Of a DNA stretch of 64,000 nt, positions 39,159 through 48,099 are shown piece by piece. Location of the stretch: contig SAIW01000006.1 in assembly GCA_004028795.1 (NCBI GenBank), positions 613,541-677,540 on the forward strand, read 5' to 3'. A program made the position numbers and the translations under genes. How positions within the stretch are numbered: position 1 is the first letter of the stretch; each line of letters starts with the position of its first letter. This stretch comes from Chitinophagaceae bacterium (GTDB lineage: Bacteria; Bacteroidota; Bacteroidia; Chitinophagales; Chitinophagaceae). The notes beneath the pieces are model-generated. The model searched no databases and was not told where the DNA came from. It worked only from the letters and a program-made list of their open reading frames with translations.

Positions 39159-40445
39159 ATGATTCATCCTTACAATTATGTTTCGCCCGAGCAGGCATTA
39201 GCATTAATAAAAAGCGGCAATAGAATTTTTGTGCAGGGCAGTGCTTGTACGCCATTGTTTTTATTAAGAGAATTAGCCAAACAGAAACACAGGCTTCTGA
39301 ATGTTGAAGTTATTTCCATCACTTTACAAGGTCATGTTGAAATAGCTGAGCCCGGTTATGAAAATTCATTTCATATTAATTCTTTATTTGTTTCAGAGCC
39401 TATAAGGCAGGCAGTGAAAGAAGGAAGAGCAGATTTTATTCCTGCTTTTTTAAGTGATATACCTGATATGATTAAAACCGTATTACCTGTAGATGTAGCA
39501 TTGGTGCAGGTTTCACCGCCTGATGCACACGGCTATTGTTCTTTAGGTTTAAGTGTTGATGTGGCACGTACCGCTGTTAACTATGCCAAATATGTTATTG
39601 CACAAATCAATCCGCAAATGCCGAGAACATTAGGCGATGCTATGATTCATACGGATAGATTTACTGCAATGGTTTTTCATGATGAACCATTACCGCAGGT
39701 TGATTATGGTGCTAAAGTTTCTGATATTGAATTAAAGGTTGGCAGGAATGTAGCTTCTTTAATTGAAGACGGCAGCACCTTACAGGTTGGTATAGGAACC
39801 ATACCTGATGCTGTTTTAAAAGCATTACACAATCATAAAAATTTAGGATTACATACAGAAATGTTCAGCGATGGTATTATTCCTTTATTTGAAAAAGACA
39901 TCATCAACAACACTAAAAAAAGAATTCACCCTAATAAAATTGTTACCGCATTTGCATTAGGTACCAATAAGTTGTACAACTATGTAAATGATAATCCTGC
40001 TATTGCATTTTTAGATATTGATTATGTAAACGACCCGCATGTTATTCGCCGCAACCCTAAAGTAGTGGCAATTAACAGTGCCGTGGAAGTGGATGTTACC
40101 GGGCAGATTTGTGCAGACAGTATCGGTACTTATCAATACAGCGGCATCGGCGGACAAATGGATTTCATGCGTGGTGCAGCCTTGAGTGAAGGCGGAAAAC
40201 CTATTATTGCCATAACCAGCAGAACCAATAAAGGGGTACCACGCATTGTTCCTTTTTTACAACAGGGTGCAGGTGTGGTAACTACCAGAGGGCATATACA
40301 TTATGTGGTATCAGAATATGGTGTGGCTTATTTGTATGGGAAAAACTTACGTCAACGTGCCCACGCTTTAATAGAAATTGCTCATCCTGATGACAGAGAA
40401 TTACTTACCAAACAATGCTATGAAAGGTTTAAACAGTTTTTGTAA
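39159..40445 (+). CDS. Acetyl-CoA hydrolase/transferase family protein
   Basis: C-terminal domain signature GIGGQMDFMRGAALSEGGKPIIAITS. Confidence 0.8.
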   Translation: MIHPYNYVSPEQALALIKSGNRIFVQGSACTPLFLLRELAKQKHRLLNVEVISITLQGHVEIAEPGYENSFHINSLFVSEPIRQAVKEGRADFIPAFLSDIPDMIKTVLPVDVALVQVSPPDAHGYCSLGLSVDVARTAVNYAKYVIAQINPQMPRTLGDAMIHTDRFTAMVFHDEPLPQVDYGAKVSDIELKVGRNVASLIEDGSTLQVGIGTIPDAVLKALHNHKNLGLHTEMFSDGIIPLFEKDIINNTKKRIHPNKIVTAFALGTNKLYNYVNDNPAIAFLDIDYVNDPHVIRRNPKVVAINSAVEVDVTGQICADSIGTYQYSGIGGQMDFMRGAALSEGGKPIIAITSRTNKGVPRIVPFLQQGAGVVTTRGHIHYVVSEYGVAYLYGKNLRQRAHALIEIAHPDDRELLTKQCYERFKQFL

Positions 40446-40480
40446 ACAGCAGTGCTTTCATAATAATCTTCAAACAAAAA

Positions 40481-41497
40481 ATGTACTTGCTTTGTTATAA
40501 CTTCAAACGCAAATACACACTTATGAGAAAATTAGGTTTAGCTCTCTTACTGTTCCCTTTTGTAAGCAATGCACAGGTATTTAAAACCAAAGAACCTTTA
40601 GTACATACTTTTTCAATAGTTGCCAGAGATGAAGCCACCGGCGAAATGGCTGTTGGTGTACAAAGCCATTGGTTTAGTGTGGGTACTGCCGTGCCTTGGG
40701 CTGAAGCAGGTGTAGGTGCTGTAGCCACACAAAGTTTTGTAGATAAAAGTTATGGACCGAAAGCATTGGCTTTATTAAAGCAGGGCTATACTGCACAACA
40801 GGCAATGGATAGTTTAACCAAAGCAGATGCAGGAAGAGAGGTAAGACAGGTAGCTATTATTGATACCAAAGGCAATGTTGCCACACATACAGGAGCGAAA
40901 TGTATTGAATATGCCCGCCATATTAAAGGCATTAATTTTAGTGTGCAAAGCAATATGATGTTGGGCAGTAAAGTGTGCGACAGTATGCAGATTGCATTTG
41001 AAAGAAGTAAAGGAAAGCCTTTAGCAGAAAGGGTTTTATTGGCATTAGAAGCAGCACAGCGTGCAGGCGGTGATATACGCGGTATGCAGAGTGCAGCTTT
41101 AAAAGTAGTACCCGGAAAAACTACTGAAGTATGGAATAATACTACTGTTGATGTACGTGTAGATGATAGCCCGCAACCTTTAAAAGAGTTAAGAAGATTA
41201 TACAATACACATTTAGCTTATGAACACATGAACAACGGAGATTTAGCTGTTGAAAAAAACGATATGGCTTTGGCAATGAAAGAATACAATGCTGCCATGA
41301 AAATGTTTCCTGACAATTTAGAAATGAAATACTGGACTGCGATAACCTTAGCCAATAACAAACAGGTTGATAAAGCAGCAACTATATTACAAGCCATTTA
41401 TGTGAAAGATAAAAACTGGAGAGAACTTACCAAACGCTTACCACCTGTGGGTTTGCTGACAGTATCAGCAACTGAGTTAAAGAAGTTGGTAGAGTGA
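40481..41497 (+). CDS. Secreted DUF1028-like (Ntn-hydrolase fold) protein with C-terminal TPR-like repeats
   Basis: Signal peptide starts at internal M (MRKLGLALLLFP); TFSIVARDEATGEMAVGVQS is typical of DUF1028. Confidence 0.65.
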   Translation: MYLLCYNFKRKYTLMRKLGLALLLFPFVSNAQVFKTKEPLVHTFSIVARDEATGEMAVGVQSHWFSVGTAVPWAEAGVGAVATQSFVDKSYGPKALALLKQGYTAQQAMDSLTKADAGREVRQVAIIDTKGNVATHTGAKCIEYARHIKGINFSVQSNMMLGSKVCDSMQIAFERSKGKPLAERVLLALEAAQRAGGDIRGMQSAALKVVPGKTTEVWNNTTVDVRVDDSPQPLKELRRLYNTHLAYEHMNNGDLAVEKNDMALAMKEYNAAMKMFPDNLEMKYWTAITLANNKQVDKAATILQAIYVKDKNWRELTKRLPPVGLLTVSATELKKLVE

Positions 41498-41499
41498 TT

Positions 41500-42216
41500 T
41501 TATAAGTTTACTGTATAAGGCATTTCGCTATAAGTATTACCGGCAAGGCTTCTGCCGGTTTTCTTTTTATTTACACCGCCCCATTGTTTAAAGAAAAAAG
41601 CAACTTCTTGTTCAATACATTGTTGTTTGATATCCCATACCCAAATTTCATTCATAGGTCTCGCTTTTCTACCGCTTTCACCACCTACAATAACCCAATC
41701 AATATTTGAAAGATTAAGATTGTACAAAGGGCCAATCAATGGCTCACAAGAAAGAAACTTAACCTTAGCATTTGTTTCTCTTAAAAAATCAATCCTGTCA
41801 ATTACACGTTCATCTTCTACAGAAACACCCATCCAGATATTATTAGTCCAGTTAAGTTTATGATGCAACTCATATAATCTATCTGCTCTTTTAGTTAATA
41901 CCTGATAAGTATGTTGCGGTGTTTTATTCATTACATCAAATACTTTTTGAATAAACTCAACGGGAATATCTTTATGAAACAAATCGCTCATAGAATTTAC
42001 AAATACAACTTTAGAGTGTTTCCACGAAAAAGGAATTTGTAAAGCATCTTCATGTATTCTTAATTCAAAACCGTCTTTGTATTTATCAATACCCATTGCC
42101 TGCAACCTTCTTGCCATTACTTCTGCATAACAATGCTTACAGCCTGCTGAAATTTTATTACAACCTGTTGTAGGGTTCCAAGTCATTTCTGTCCACTCGA
42201 TTGATGATTGTGCCAT
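41500..42216 (-). CDS. Three-Cys-motif protein of the phage Gp37/Gp68 (DUF5131) family
   Basis: N-terminus MAQSSIEWTEMTWNPTTGCNKISAGCKHCYA shows the family-defining IEWT...TWNP...GC..GCxxCYA pattern. Confidence 0.75.
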   Translation of the reverse strand: MAQSSIEWTEMTWNPTTGCNKISAGCKHCYAEVMARRLQAMGIDKYKDGFELRIHEDALQIPFSWKHSKVVFVNSMSDLFHKDIPVEFIQKVFDVMNKTPQHTYQVLTKRADRLYELHHKLNWTNNIWMGVSVEDERVIDRIDFLRETNAKVKFLSCEPLIGPLYNLNLSNIDWVIVGGESGRKARPMNEIWVWDIKQQCIEQEVAFFFKQWGGVNKKKTGRSLAGNTYSEMPYTVNL

Positions 42217-42218
42217 AA

Positions 42219-43052
42219 TTAATCTTTATACTTTTTTATAACATCATTAGCAATTTTAAATGCCGCAGAATTGTTTGAAGCCATCATGAAATGATACATA
42301 ATAGAACCAGTAGAGTTTTTAAGTTCTAATGGATTCGAAACGAACTTAAAAACTTCATTAAGTTTTTTCTTATACAATTCTCCTGCTTTTTGAATAGCAT
42401 TTTGCTCTTTGTTGACAAATGTTTCCTCCCCAAATAATGTTTGAACAGTTGTGGATTTATAAAAATAGGCTTTAATTTCATCAGCTGTCATTCCTAATAC
42501 TTCTTCAAGTTTATTCAACCAAGCCTCGCTTATTTCTCCATTTCGTTTTAGTAATCGATTAATCCCAATTCCGGTAGGAACTAAAATCCATAAATCAATG
42601 CCAAGATCTTTTAAAGACATTATTGATGACCATTTGACTGACATACCATAAGGATCAATAAAAGCTAATGTTCTAACCAAAGGATTCGCCTTTAGATAAT
42701 CAGCCATTTTAATCATCCGATTGTTGCAATCATCGCAAACGACATGAGTCTTCTTTTCTGGAGCAATTTGTTTAATTGAGGCTTCTAACTGTAACTTATT
42801 AGCTTCATCTAATTCAACAAAATAATAAATGTCAAATGATTTTGGGTCATTAATTTCTATAATTCTAATAGCTGCACCTTTTATAATATCAATATCAATT
42901 AAATTGTTATTATAAATATTCCCAGAACCTGCAAACCCATCAAAGTAAAGGCACTTGAATTGATAGGATTTCATTATTGTTAAATATGCTTTAGCATAGT
43001 CATATACAATCTCAATTTTTCGTTGCGTCCAATCACCACCAAACTGATTCAT
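42219..43052 (-). CDS. TcmP-like partner protein with methyltransferase-like motif I
   Basis: Lies 3 nt upstream of the three-Cys gene; FDGFAGSG resembles SAM-binding motif I. Confidence 0.6.
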   Translation of the reverse strand: MNQFGGDWTQRKIEIVYDYAKAYLTIMKSYQFKCLYFDGFAGSGNIYNNNLIDIDIIKGAAIRIIEINDPKSFDIYYFVELDEANKLQLEASIKQIAPEKKTHVVCDDCNNRMIKMADYLKANPLVRTLAFIDPYGMSVKWSSIMSLKDLGIDLWILVPTGIGINRLLKRNGEISEAWLNKLEEVLGMTADEIKAYFYKSTTVQTLFGEETFVNKEQNAIQKAGELYKKKLNEVFKFVSNPLELKNSTGSIMYHFMMASNNSAAFKIANDVIKKYKD

Positions 43053-43102
43053 AAATAATAGAATTTATTATTAACATAACGAAATAATTCTATTTATATT
43101 AT

Positions 43103-44257
43103 TCAAAACAATCTCAAACTCTCTCCAGGTCTTCTGAATTGCGTAGTGTCTAAGTCCCAGCGTTCGGCATTTAAGCCATAGAGTTTATTATACTTTATAT
43201 ATTGCTGTCGTACCAAATCGCTTACAGGGCCTTCGCCACGCATACGTTTACCAAAGCGGCTGTCGTTCACCTGCCCGCCATGTGCAGTTTCAATTAAATG
43301 CCAAACCTTATCTGCCCTGTCGGGAAAGTTTTTATACAACCAATCATGAAACATAATTTTTATAGCACCATTCAAGCGTATAAAAGTATAGGCAGAAAAA
43401 GTAGCACCGTTTTCACTGGCCGCTTTCATTATACGTTGCATTTCATGTTCGTTTAAACCGGGAATCATAGGCCCGAGCATAACGCCCATTCTTACACCGG
43501 CTTCACTTAATTCTTTTATTGTTCGTAAACGCTGTGTAGCAGTAGTAGTGCGGGGTTCCATGGCCCTGCGTAAATCTTCATTAAAACTTGTAATACTTAC
43601 CAATATACTTACAAGTTTCTTCTTTGCCATTTCCTGCAATAAATCTTTATCACGCAACATGCCTGCATTTTTGGTAATCATGCCGACCGGTTGATTAAAC
43701 TCATTACATACTTCCAATAAACCTCTTGTTAACTTAAATTTTTTTTCTGCGGGTTGATAGCAATCTGTATTACCGCTTAAACTTATCGGCACACATTCCC
43801 ATTTTTTATTCATTAAAAATTTACGCAATAATTCAGGGGCGTTTTTCTTTACAATTATTTTTCTTTCAAAATCAAGTCCTGCACTGTAACCCCAGTATTC
43901 ATGGGCATTACGGGCATAGCAATAAATACAACCATGCTCACAACCCTGGTATGGATTCATACTGTAAAACATACCTACATCAGGGCTTTCAACCTTATTC
44001 ACAATACTCTTTGCATTGTCTTCCAAATAAACAGTAGCATCGTTTGTTTCACTCCAATCATCAATAGCTTCAATATGCTCCTTTACTTTTTGATTGGTTA
44101 AGAACCTGTTCTTGGTATTGATTTGTGCACCCCTGCCTTTTAAATAAGTATCCGCAACTTCATCAGGCTTTGGTTTGGCGTTGGGGTTATCATTAATGTT
44201 TTGCATGGGGCGTTGATTGTTGCACCACAAAGGCACAAAGGCTTTCACAAAGAACAC
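43103..44257 (-). CDS. Radical SAM enzyme, SplB/DNA-repair-photolyase-like (COG1533 type)
   Basis: CEHGCIYCY (CxxxCxxC) near the N-terminus of the core. The ORF as listed runs into the upstream element; the likely true start is the ATG at 44206. Confidence 0.75.
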   Translation of the reverse strand: MFFVKAFVPLWCNNQRPMQNINDNPNAKPKPDEVADTYLKGRGAQINTKNRFLTNQKVKEHIEAIDDWSETNDATVYLEDNAKSIVNKVESPDVGMFYSMNPYQGCEHGCIYCYARNAHEYWGYSAGLDFERKIIVKKNAPELLRKFLMNKKWECVPISLSGNTDCYQPAEKKFKLTRGLLEVCNEFNQPVGMITKNAGMLRDKDLLQEMAKKKLVSILVSITSFNEDLRRAMEPRTTTATQRLRTIKELSEAGVRMGVMLGPMIPGLNEHEMQRIMKAASENGATFSAYTFIRLNGAIKIMFHDWLYKNFPDRADKVWHLIETAHGGQVNDSRFGKRMRGEGPVSDLVRQQYIKYNKLYGLNAERWDLDTTQFRRPGESLRLF

Positions 44258-44300
44258 AAAGTAGATTTTGTGAACCTTGTGTTTTCTTTGTGTTCATTGT
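44225..44300. promoter_or_regulatory. CACAAAG/CTTTGTG array element, copy B, 5' of radical-SAM cluster
   Basis: Four forward CACAAAG units, then four CTTTGTG-type units; AGGCACAAAGGCTTTCAC shared with copy A. Confidence 0.6.
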
Positions 44301-44306
44301 GGTTAA

Positions 44307-44948
44307 TTAAGAAAAAAGTGTTTCCTGCTTAACTGTAGGAATGGATTTATTTAATAAAGAAAATTTGGCAATGTTGGTATAACCTTTTCCTTCTAATGGT
44401 CTTCTTAACAGCAATACTTCATTTACCATAAAACCTGTTTTAAAATCTGCATGTTCATATTCCAACCAACCTTTTTCGTATTGAAAGGGTAAGAGTTTGC
44501 GGGCAATAGTTATATGCGGTTCTGTTATAAAATGCCCTCTGTTCCATTTGTCTAACTTAACCAAAGGTTGCAGCGGTCTTAATGATTTTACCAAATCGAT
44601 AATATTATTTTTTGTGGCAACATTGGCATAAATAGTATGCGATGGAAAGCTGCCGAAACCATTAACCGTTATCTGAAATGCAGCCGCAGCCTGAATTAGG
44701 GGCAATAGTTTATTAATAATTTTTCTTTCCTGCATTTCTATTTGTACAAAGCGAAGCAAGGTGATATGCGGCTTGCTGGGCAATGCAGCTGGGCATTCAA
44801 ACTTTTCTGCAAATGCTTTTTTTATTGCCATTATTTTTTGCTGCACATCCTGCGACGGAGCGATAATCAATAAATAATCATGCAGATTTAATTGCTGTTT
44901 ACTGAACGATTGTGTTACTGCTTCATTATCTAAAAACGGATGCTGCAC
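44307..44948 (-). CDS. 2H phosphoesterase (LigT/ThpR-like RNA 2',3'-cyclic phosphodiesterase)
   Basis: Two H-x-T-x motifs: KPHITLLRF and EPHITIARK. Confidence 0.75.
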   Translation of the reverse strand: MQHPFLDNEAVTQSFSKQQLNLHDYLLIIAPSQDVQQKIMAIKKAFAEKFECPAALPSKPHITLLRFVQIEMQERKIINKLLPLIQAAAAFQITVNGFGSFPSHTIYANVATKNNIIDLVKSLRPLQPLVKLDKWNRGHFITEPHITIARKLLPFQYEKGWLEYEHADFKTGFMVNEVLLLRRPLEGKGYTNIAKFSLLNKSIPTVKQETLFS

Positions 44949-44956
44949 TGCTTTCT

Positions 44957-45313
44957 CTATAATAAAATTCTGTTGATTAATTTTTCTTCTCCTCCTGCAT
45001 TGGCTTTATATAAACACACAGAACTCAACTGTTCTTTTATATAATACTGATTAACGTAATTCAATACCTGTACAGCGGGGATGTTTAAGGCTGTTTGCCA
45101 TTGCTGCATCATGCTGCGTAATAAAGCATGTGTATCGCTAAGGCTTCCATCGCTTTGTACGCAAAGGTTTTGCAAGTGCCTGAACAAAGTATTTTCTGCC
45201 TGTTCTTCGGCACAAAAACCTGCTAATGCCAATGTTGTTTTTGCATTGCTGCACTCGGCTACAATTTTGTATTGTTTGTGTGTGTTGCCACAGTTTAATA
45301 AAATAGTATGCAT
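44957..45313 (-). CDS. Hypothetical protein (first gene of the LigT-like operon)
   Basis: 118-aa ORF; its stop lies 9 nt from the LigT-like start. Confidence 0.45.
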   Translation of the reverse strand: MHTILLNCGNTHKQYKIVAECSNAKTTLALAGFCAEEQAENTLFRHLQNLCVQSDGSLSDTHALLRSMMQQWQTALNIPAVQVLNYVNQYYIKEQLSSVCLYKANAGGEEKLINRILL

Positions 45314-45385
45314 AGTATAAAATTTTAAAACTAAATTTTGTAGTGTGAAAATACTAATTAATTTAGCATTATAAAATTAAATTTT

Positions 45386-45895
45386 ATGGATAGGGATAGT
45401 TTTTATAACAGTGCTTATAAAGGCACTAAATCTTTTAAACAACAGGAAGTAATTACTGCCAATGCTACAGGTTTTGGTGCTGCTGCTGATGATTTTATGG
45501 AACGCGGTATTGATTTGAACGAACAGTTAATTATGAATAAGCCTGCTACTTTTTTCTTTCGCATGAACAGTGATGCTATGGAAGGTGCATGCATACATGC
45601 CGGCGATATTTTAATAGTTGACAGAAGTATTAAAGCTGCTAATGGAAAAATTATTGTAGCCATTATTAACGGAGAGTTAATGGTACGCCGCTATGAACAT
45701 AGTTTTAATAAGGCAACGCTCTGTGCAGAGAATAAACGTTTTAAAGATATTGCTATTGAAGAGTTTTCACAGTTTCATTGTTGGGGTGTTGTTACCTGTG
45801 TGATACATATGATAGAACCGGCGTTAATGAGTTATCACAAAAAAGCATCTGCCGAGCAAGAAAAAAGTGTTGCTGAAAAGTATATACGCTGGTAA
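45386..45895 (+). CDS. umuD: UmuD-like S24 peptidase (translesion polymerase accessory subunit)
   Basis: S24 LexA/UmuD C-terminal domain (MNSDAMEGACIHAGDILIVDRS...GELMVRRY). Confidence 0.8.
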   Translation: MDRDSFYNSAYKGTKSFKQQEVITANATGFGAAADDFMERGIDLNEQLIMNKPATFFFRMNSDAMEGACIHAGDILIVDRSIKAANGKIIVAIINGELMVRRYEHSFNKATLCAENKRFKDIAIEEFSQFHCWGVVTCVIHMIEPALMSYHKKASAEQEKSVAEKYIRW

Positions 45896-45914
45896 TCTTT
45901 TCAAAAATTAAAAA

Positions 45915-47195
45915 ATGAAAGCCATTGTAGATTGTAACAGTTTTTATTGTTCCTGCGAAAGGCTCTTCAGACCTGAGCTGGAAGGCAAACCCGTTATTGT
46001 ATTAAGCAATAACGATGGTTGTATTATTTCACGCAGCGATGAAGCGAAAAAGTTAGGAGTTGAAATGGCCGGCCCCTATTTTAAAGCAAAGCCCATTATT
46101 GAAAAACATAACGTAACAACATTTTCATCCAATTATAATTTGTACGGAGATTTAAGCTGGCGTGTTATGGAAACTTTACGCATGATGTTCGGTAAAGAAA
46201 ATGTAGAAGTGTACAGTGTTGATGAAGCTTTTGTAAATCTTGATTTTATTCCCAAAGAAAAAATAAATGAAGTTGCTTTTAAAATAAGAGAAATCGTTGA
46301 AATGTGGACGGGCATTAAAGTTTCAGTAGGTGTGGCTCCAACAAAAGTATTGGCAAAAGCAGCCAACCGTTTGGCTAAAAAAAATAAAGAAGCTACACAA
46401 TGTGTTTTGGTTTTAGATACTAAGAAAAAAATAGAGAAAGCATTAGAAAAAACTAAGGTTGATGATGTATGGGGTATTGGCTATCAATATGCAGAAAAGT
46501 TAAACCACTTCGGCATTACCAACGCTTTACAATTAAGTATGAAGACTCCTGAGTTTGCCAAAAAACATTTAGGAGGCATAGTGGGTTTACGTTTATTAAG
46601 AGAACTACAAGGTTATGTAAGCATACAAATGGATGACGAACTGATAAACAAAAAAATGATTATGACAACACGTATGTTCGGCGAGCCTGTTAACGATTTT
46701 AAAAGTATTCGTGAAGCTGTTGCCACTTATACTTCCCGTGCAGCAGAAAAATTAAGAAGGCAAAGCGGTGCTGCTAAACACATTGGTGTTTTTATTGTTG
46801 CCAAAGAAGAAAATCATAATGTTAGTTATAAACGCGGTGCAACAATAAGCAGCTACACAACATTGCCAATGGCAACCTCATTAACACAGGAATTAATTAA
46901 ACCTGCAGTAGCCATTGCAGAACGTTTGTATGAAAAAGGAAGAAGCTATAAAAAAGCCGGTGTTATGCTAAGCCATATTGTTCCTGATACTTCTGTGCAG
47001 GGAAATTTGTTTATGAGTGATAATAAAAACAGAAGTAAGTTATTAATGGATATGATTGATAACATCAACTTCAGTCAACGCGATGATATTTTAAAATTTG
47101 CTTCCAGCGGGTTAGAACGTAACTGGAAGATGCAGCAAAATTTTCGAAGTCCGAAATATACCAGCCGTTGGGAAGAGTTATGCAAAGTAGGTTAA
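45915..47195 (+). CDS. umuC: Y-family DNA polymerase (UmuC/Pol V catalytic subunit)
   Basis: N-terminal IVDCNSFYCSCERLFRPELEGKPVIVLSNNDGC. Confidence 0.85.
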   Translation: MKAIVDCNSFYCSCERLFRPELEGKPVIVLSNNDGCIISRSDEAKKLGVEMAGPYFKAKPIIEKHNVTTFSSNYNLYGDLSWRVMETLRMMFGKENVEVYSVDEAFVNLDFIPKEKINEVAFKIREIVEMWTGIKVSVGVAPTKVLAKAANRLAKKNKEATQCVLVLDTKKKIEKALEKTKVDDVWGIGYQYAEKLNHFGITNALQLSMKTPEFAKKHLGGIVGLRLLRELQGYVSIQMDDELINKKMIMTTRMFGEPVNDFKSIREAVATYTSRAAEKLRRQSGAAKHIGVFIVAKEENHNVSYKRGATISSYTTLPMATSLTQELIKPAVAIAERLYEKGRSYKKAGVMLSHIVPDTSVQGNLFMSDNKNRSKLLMDMIDNINFSQRDDILKFASSGLERNWKMQQNFRSPKYTSRWEELCKVG

Positions 47196-47300
47196 TACTT
47201 TTGCAGCATGGAATTAAAACTTTTCGGAAAAGAAGTTGTTCCGTTGTTAAAGCAACTATTGTATAGTTTTTGTTGAAACATAGCCTTAAAAAATTTTATT

Positions 47301-48014
47301 ATGAATAAATTAGAAAATAAAGTAGCCTATATAACAGGTGGCAGTAAAGGAATTGGTTTGGGCATTGCACAAAGCTTATTGAACGAAGGAATGAAGGTTG
47401 CCATTACAGGAAGAAATATACAAGCAGTGCAGGAAGCTGCTAAAGCTTTAGATGCAGGCGGGGAAAGGGTTTTAGCTATTCAATCTGAAGTGAGCGTTGC
47501 AGCAGATGAAGTAAAAGCCATACAACAAACAATTGAGCATTTCGGGCAGGTAGATGTAGTTATTGCCAATGCAGGTGTAGGCATTTTCGGTTCTATTGAA
47601 GACTTAACGGAAGAGCAATGGAAACAAACAATTGATACGAATTTAACAGGTGTATTCAATACCATTAAAGCAAGTATTGATGCATTAAAACAAACAAAGG
47701 GTTACATTATAACGATTGCAAGTTTAGCAGGTACTAATTTTTTTGAAAAAGCAAGTGCCTACAATGCAAGTAAGTTCGGATTGGTTGGTTTTACACAAGC
47801 TGTTATGTTAGACTTAAGAAAGTATGGAATTAAAGTAAGTACTATAATGCCCGGTTCTGTTACATCGTACTTTAATAATCATATTCCGAATGATGCAGAT
47901 GCATGGAAAATTCAACCGGAAGATATTGGTGAAATAGTTGTTGGACTTTTAAAAATGCATCCGAGAACATTGCCAAGTAAAATTGAAGTGAGGCCATCCA
48001 TGCCTGGTAAATAA
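47301..48014 (+). CDS. SDR-family oxidoreductase
   Basis: TGGSKGIGLG Rossmann motif; YNASK catalytic motif. Confidence 0.85.
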   Translation: MNKLENKVAYITGGSKGIGLGIAQSLLNEGMKVAITGRNIQAVQEAAKALDAGGERVLAIQSEVSVAADEVKAIQQTIEHFGQVDVVIANAGVGIFGSIEDLTEEQWKQTIDTNLTGVFNTIKASIDALKQTKGYIITIASLAGTNFFEKASAYNASKFGLVGFTQAVMLDLRKYGIKVSTIMPGSVTSYFNNHIPNDADAWKIQPEDIGEIVVGLLKMHPRTLPSKIEVRPSMPGK

Positions 48015-48019
48015 ATTCC

Positions 48020-48095
48020 TTATGTTGTCATTGCGAAGATTTTAGCCTGAAGCAATCTATTATATAGAATGATTGCTTCGTTCCTCGCAATGACA
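48020..48095. terminator. Long nested inverted repeat between convergent genes
   Basis: Outer arms TGTCATTGCGAAG / CGCAATGACA; inner arms AGCAATC / GATTGCT. Confidence 0.5.
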
Positions 48096-48099
48096 TAAT

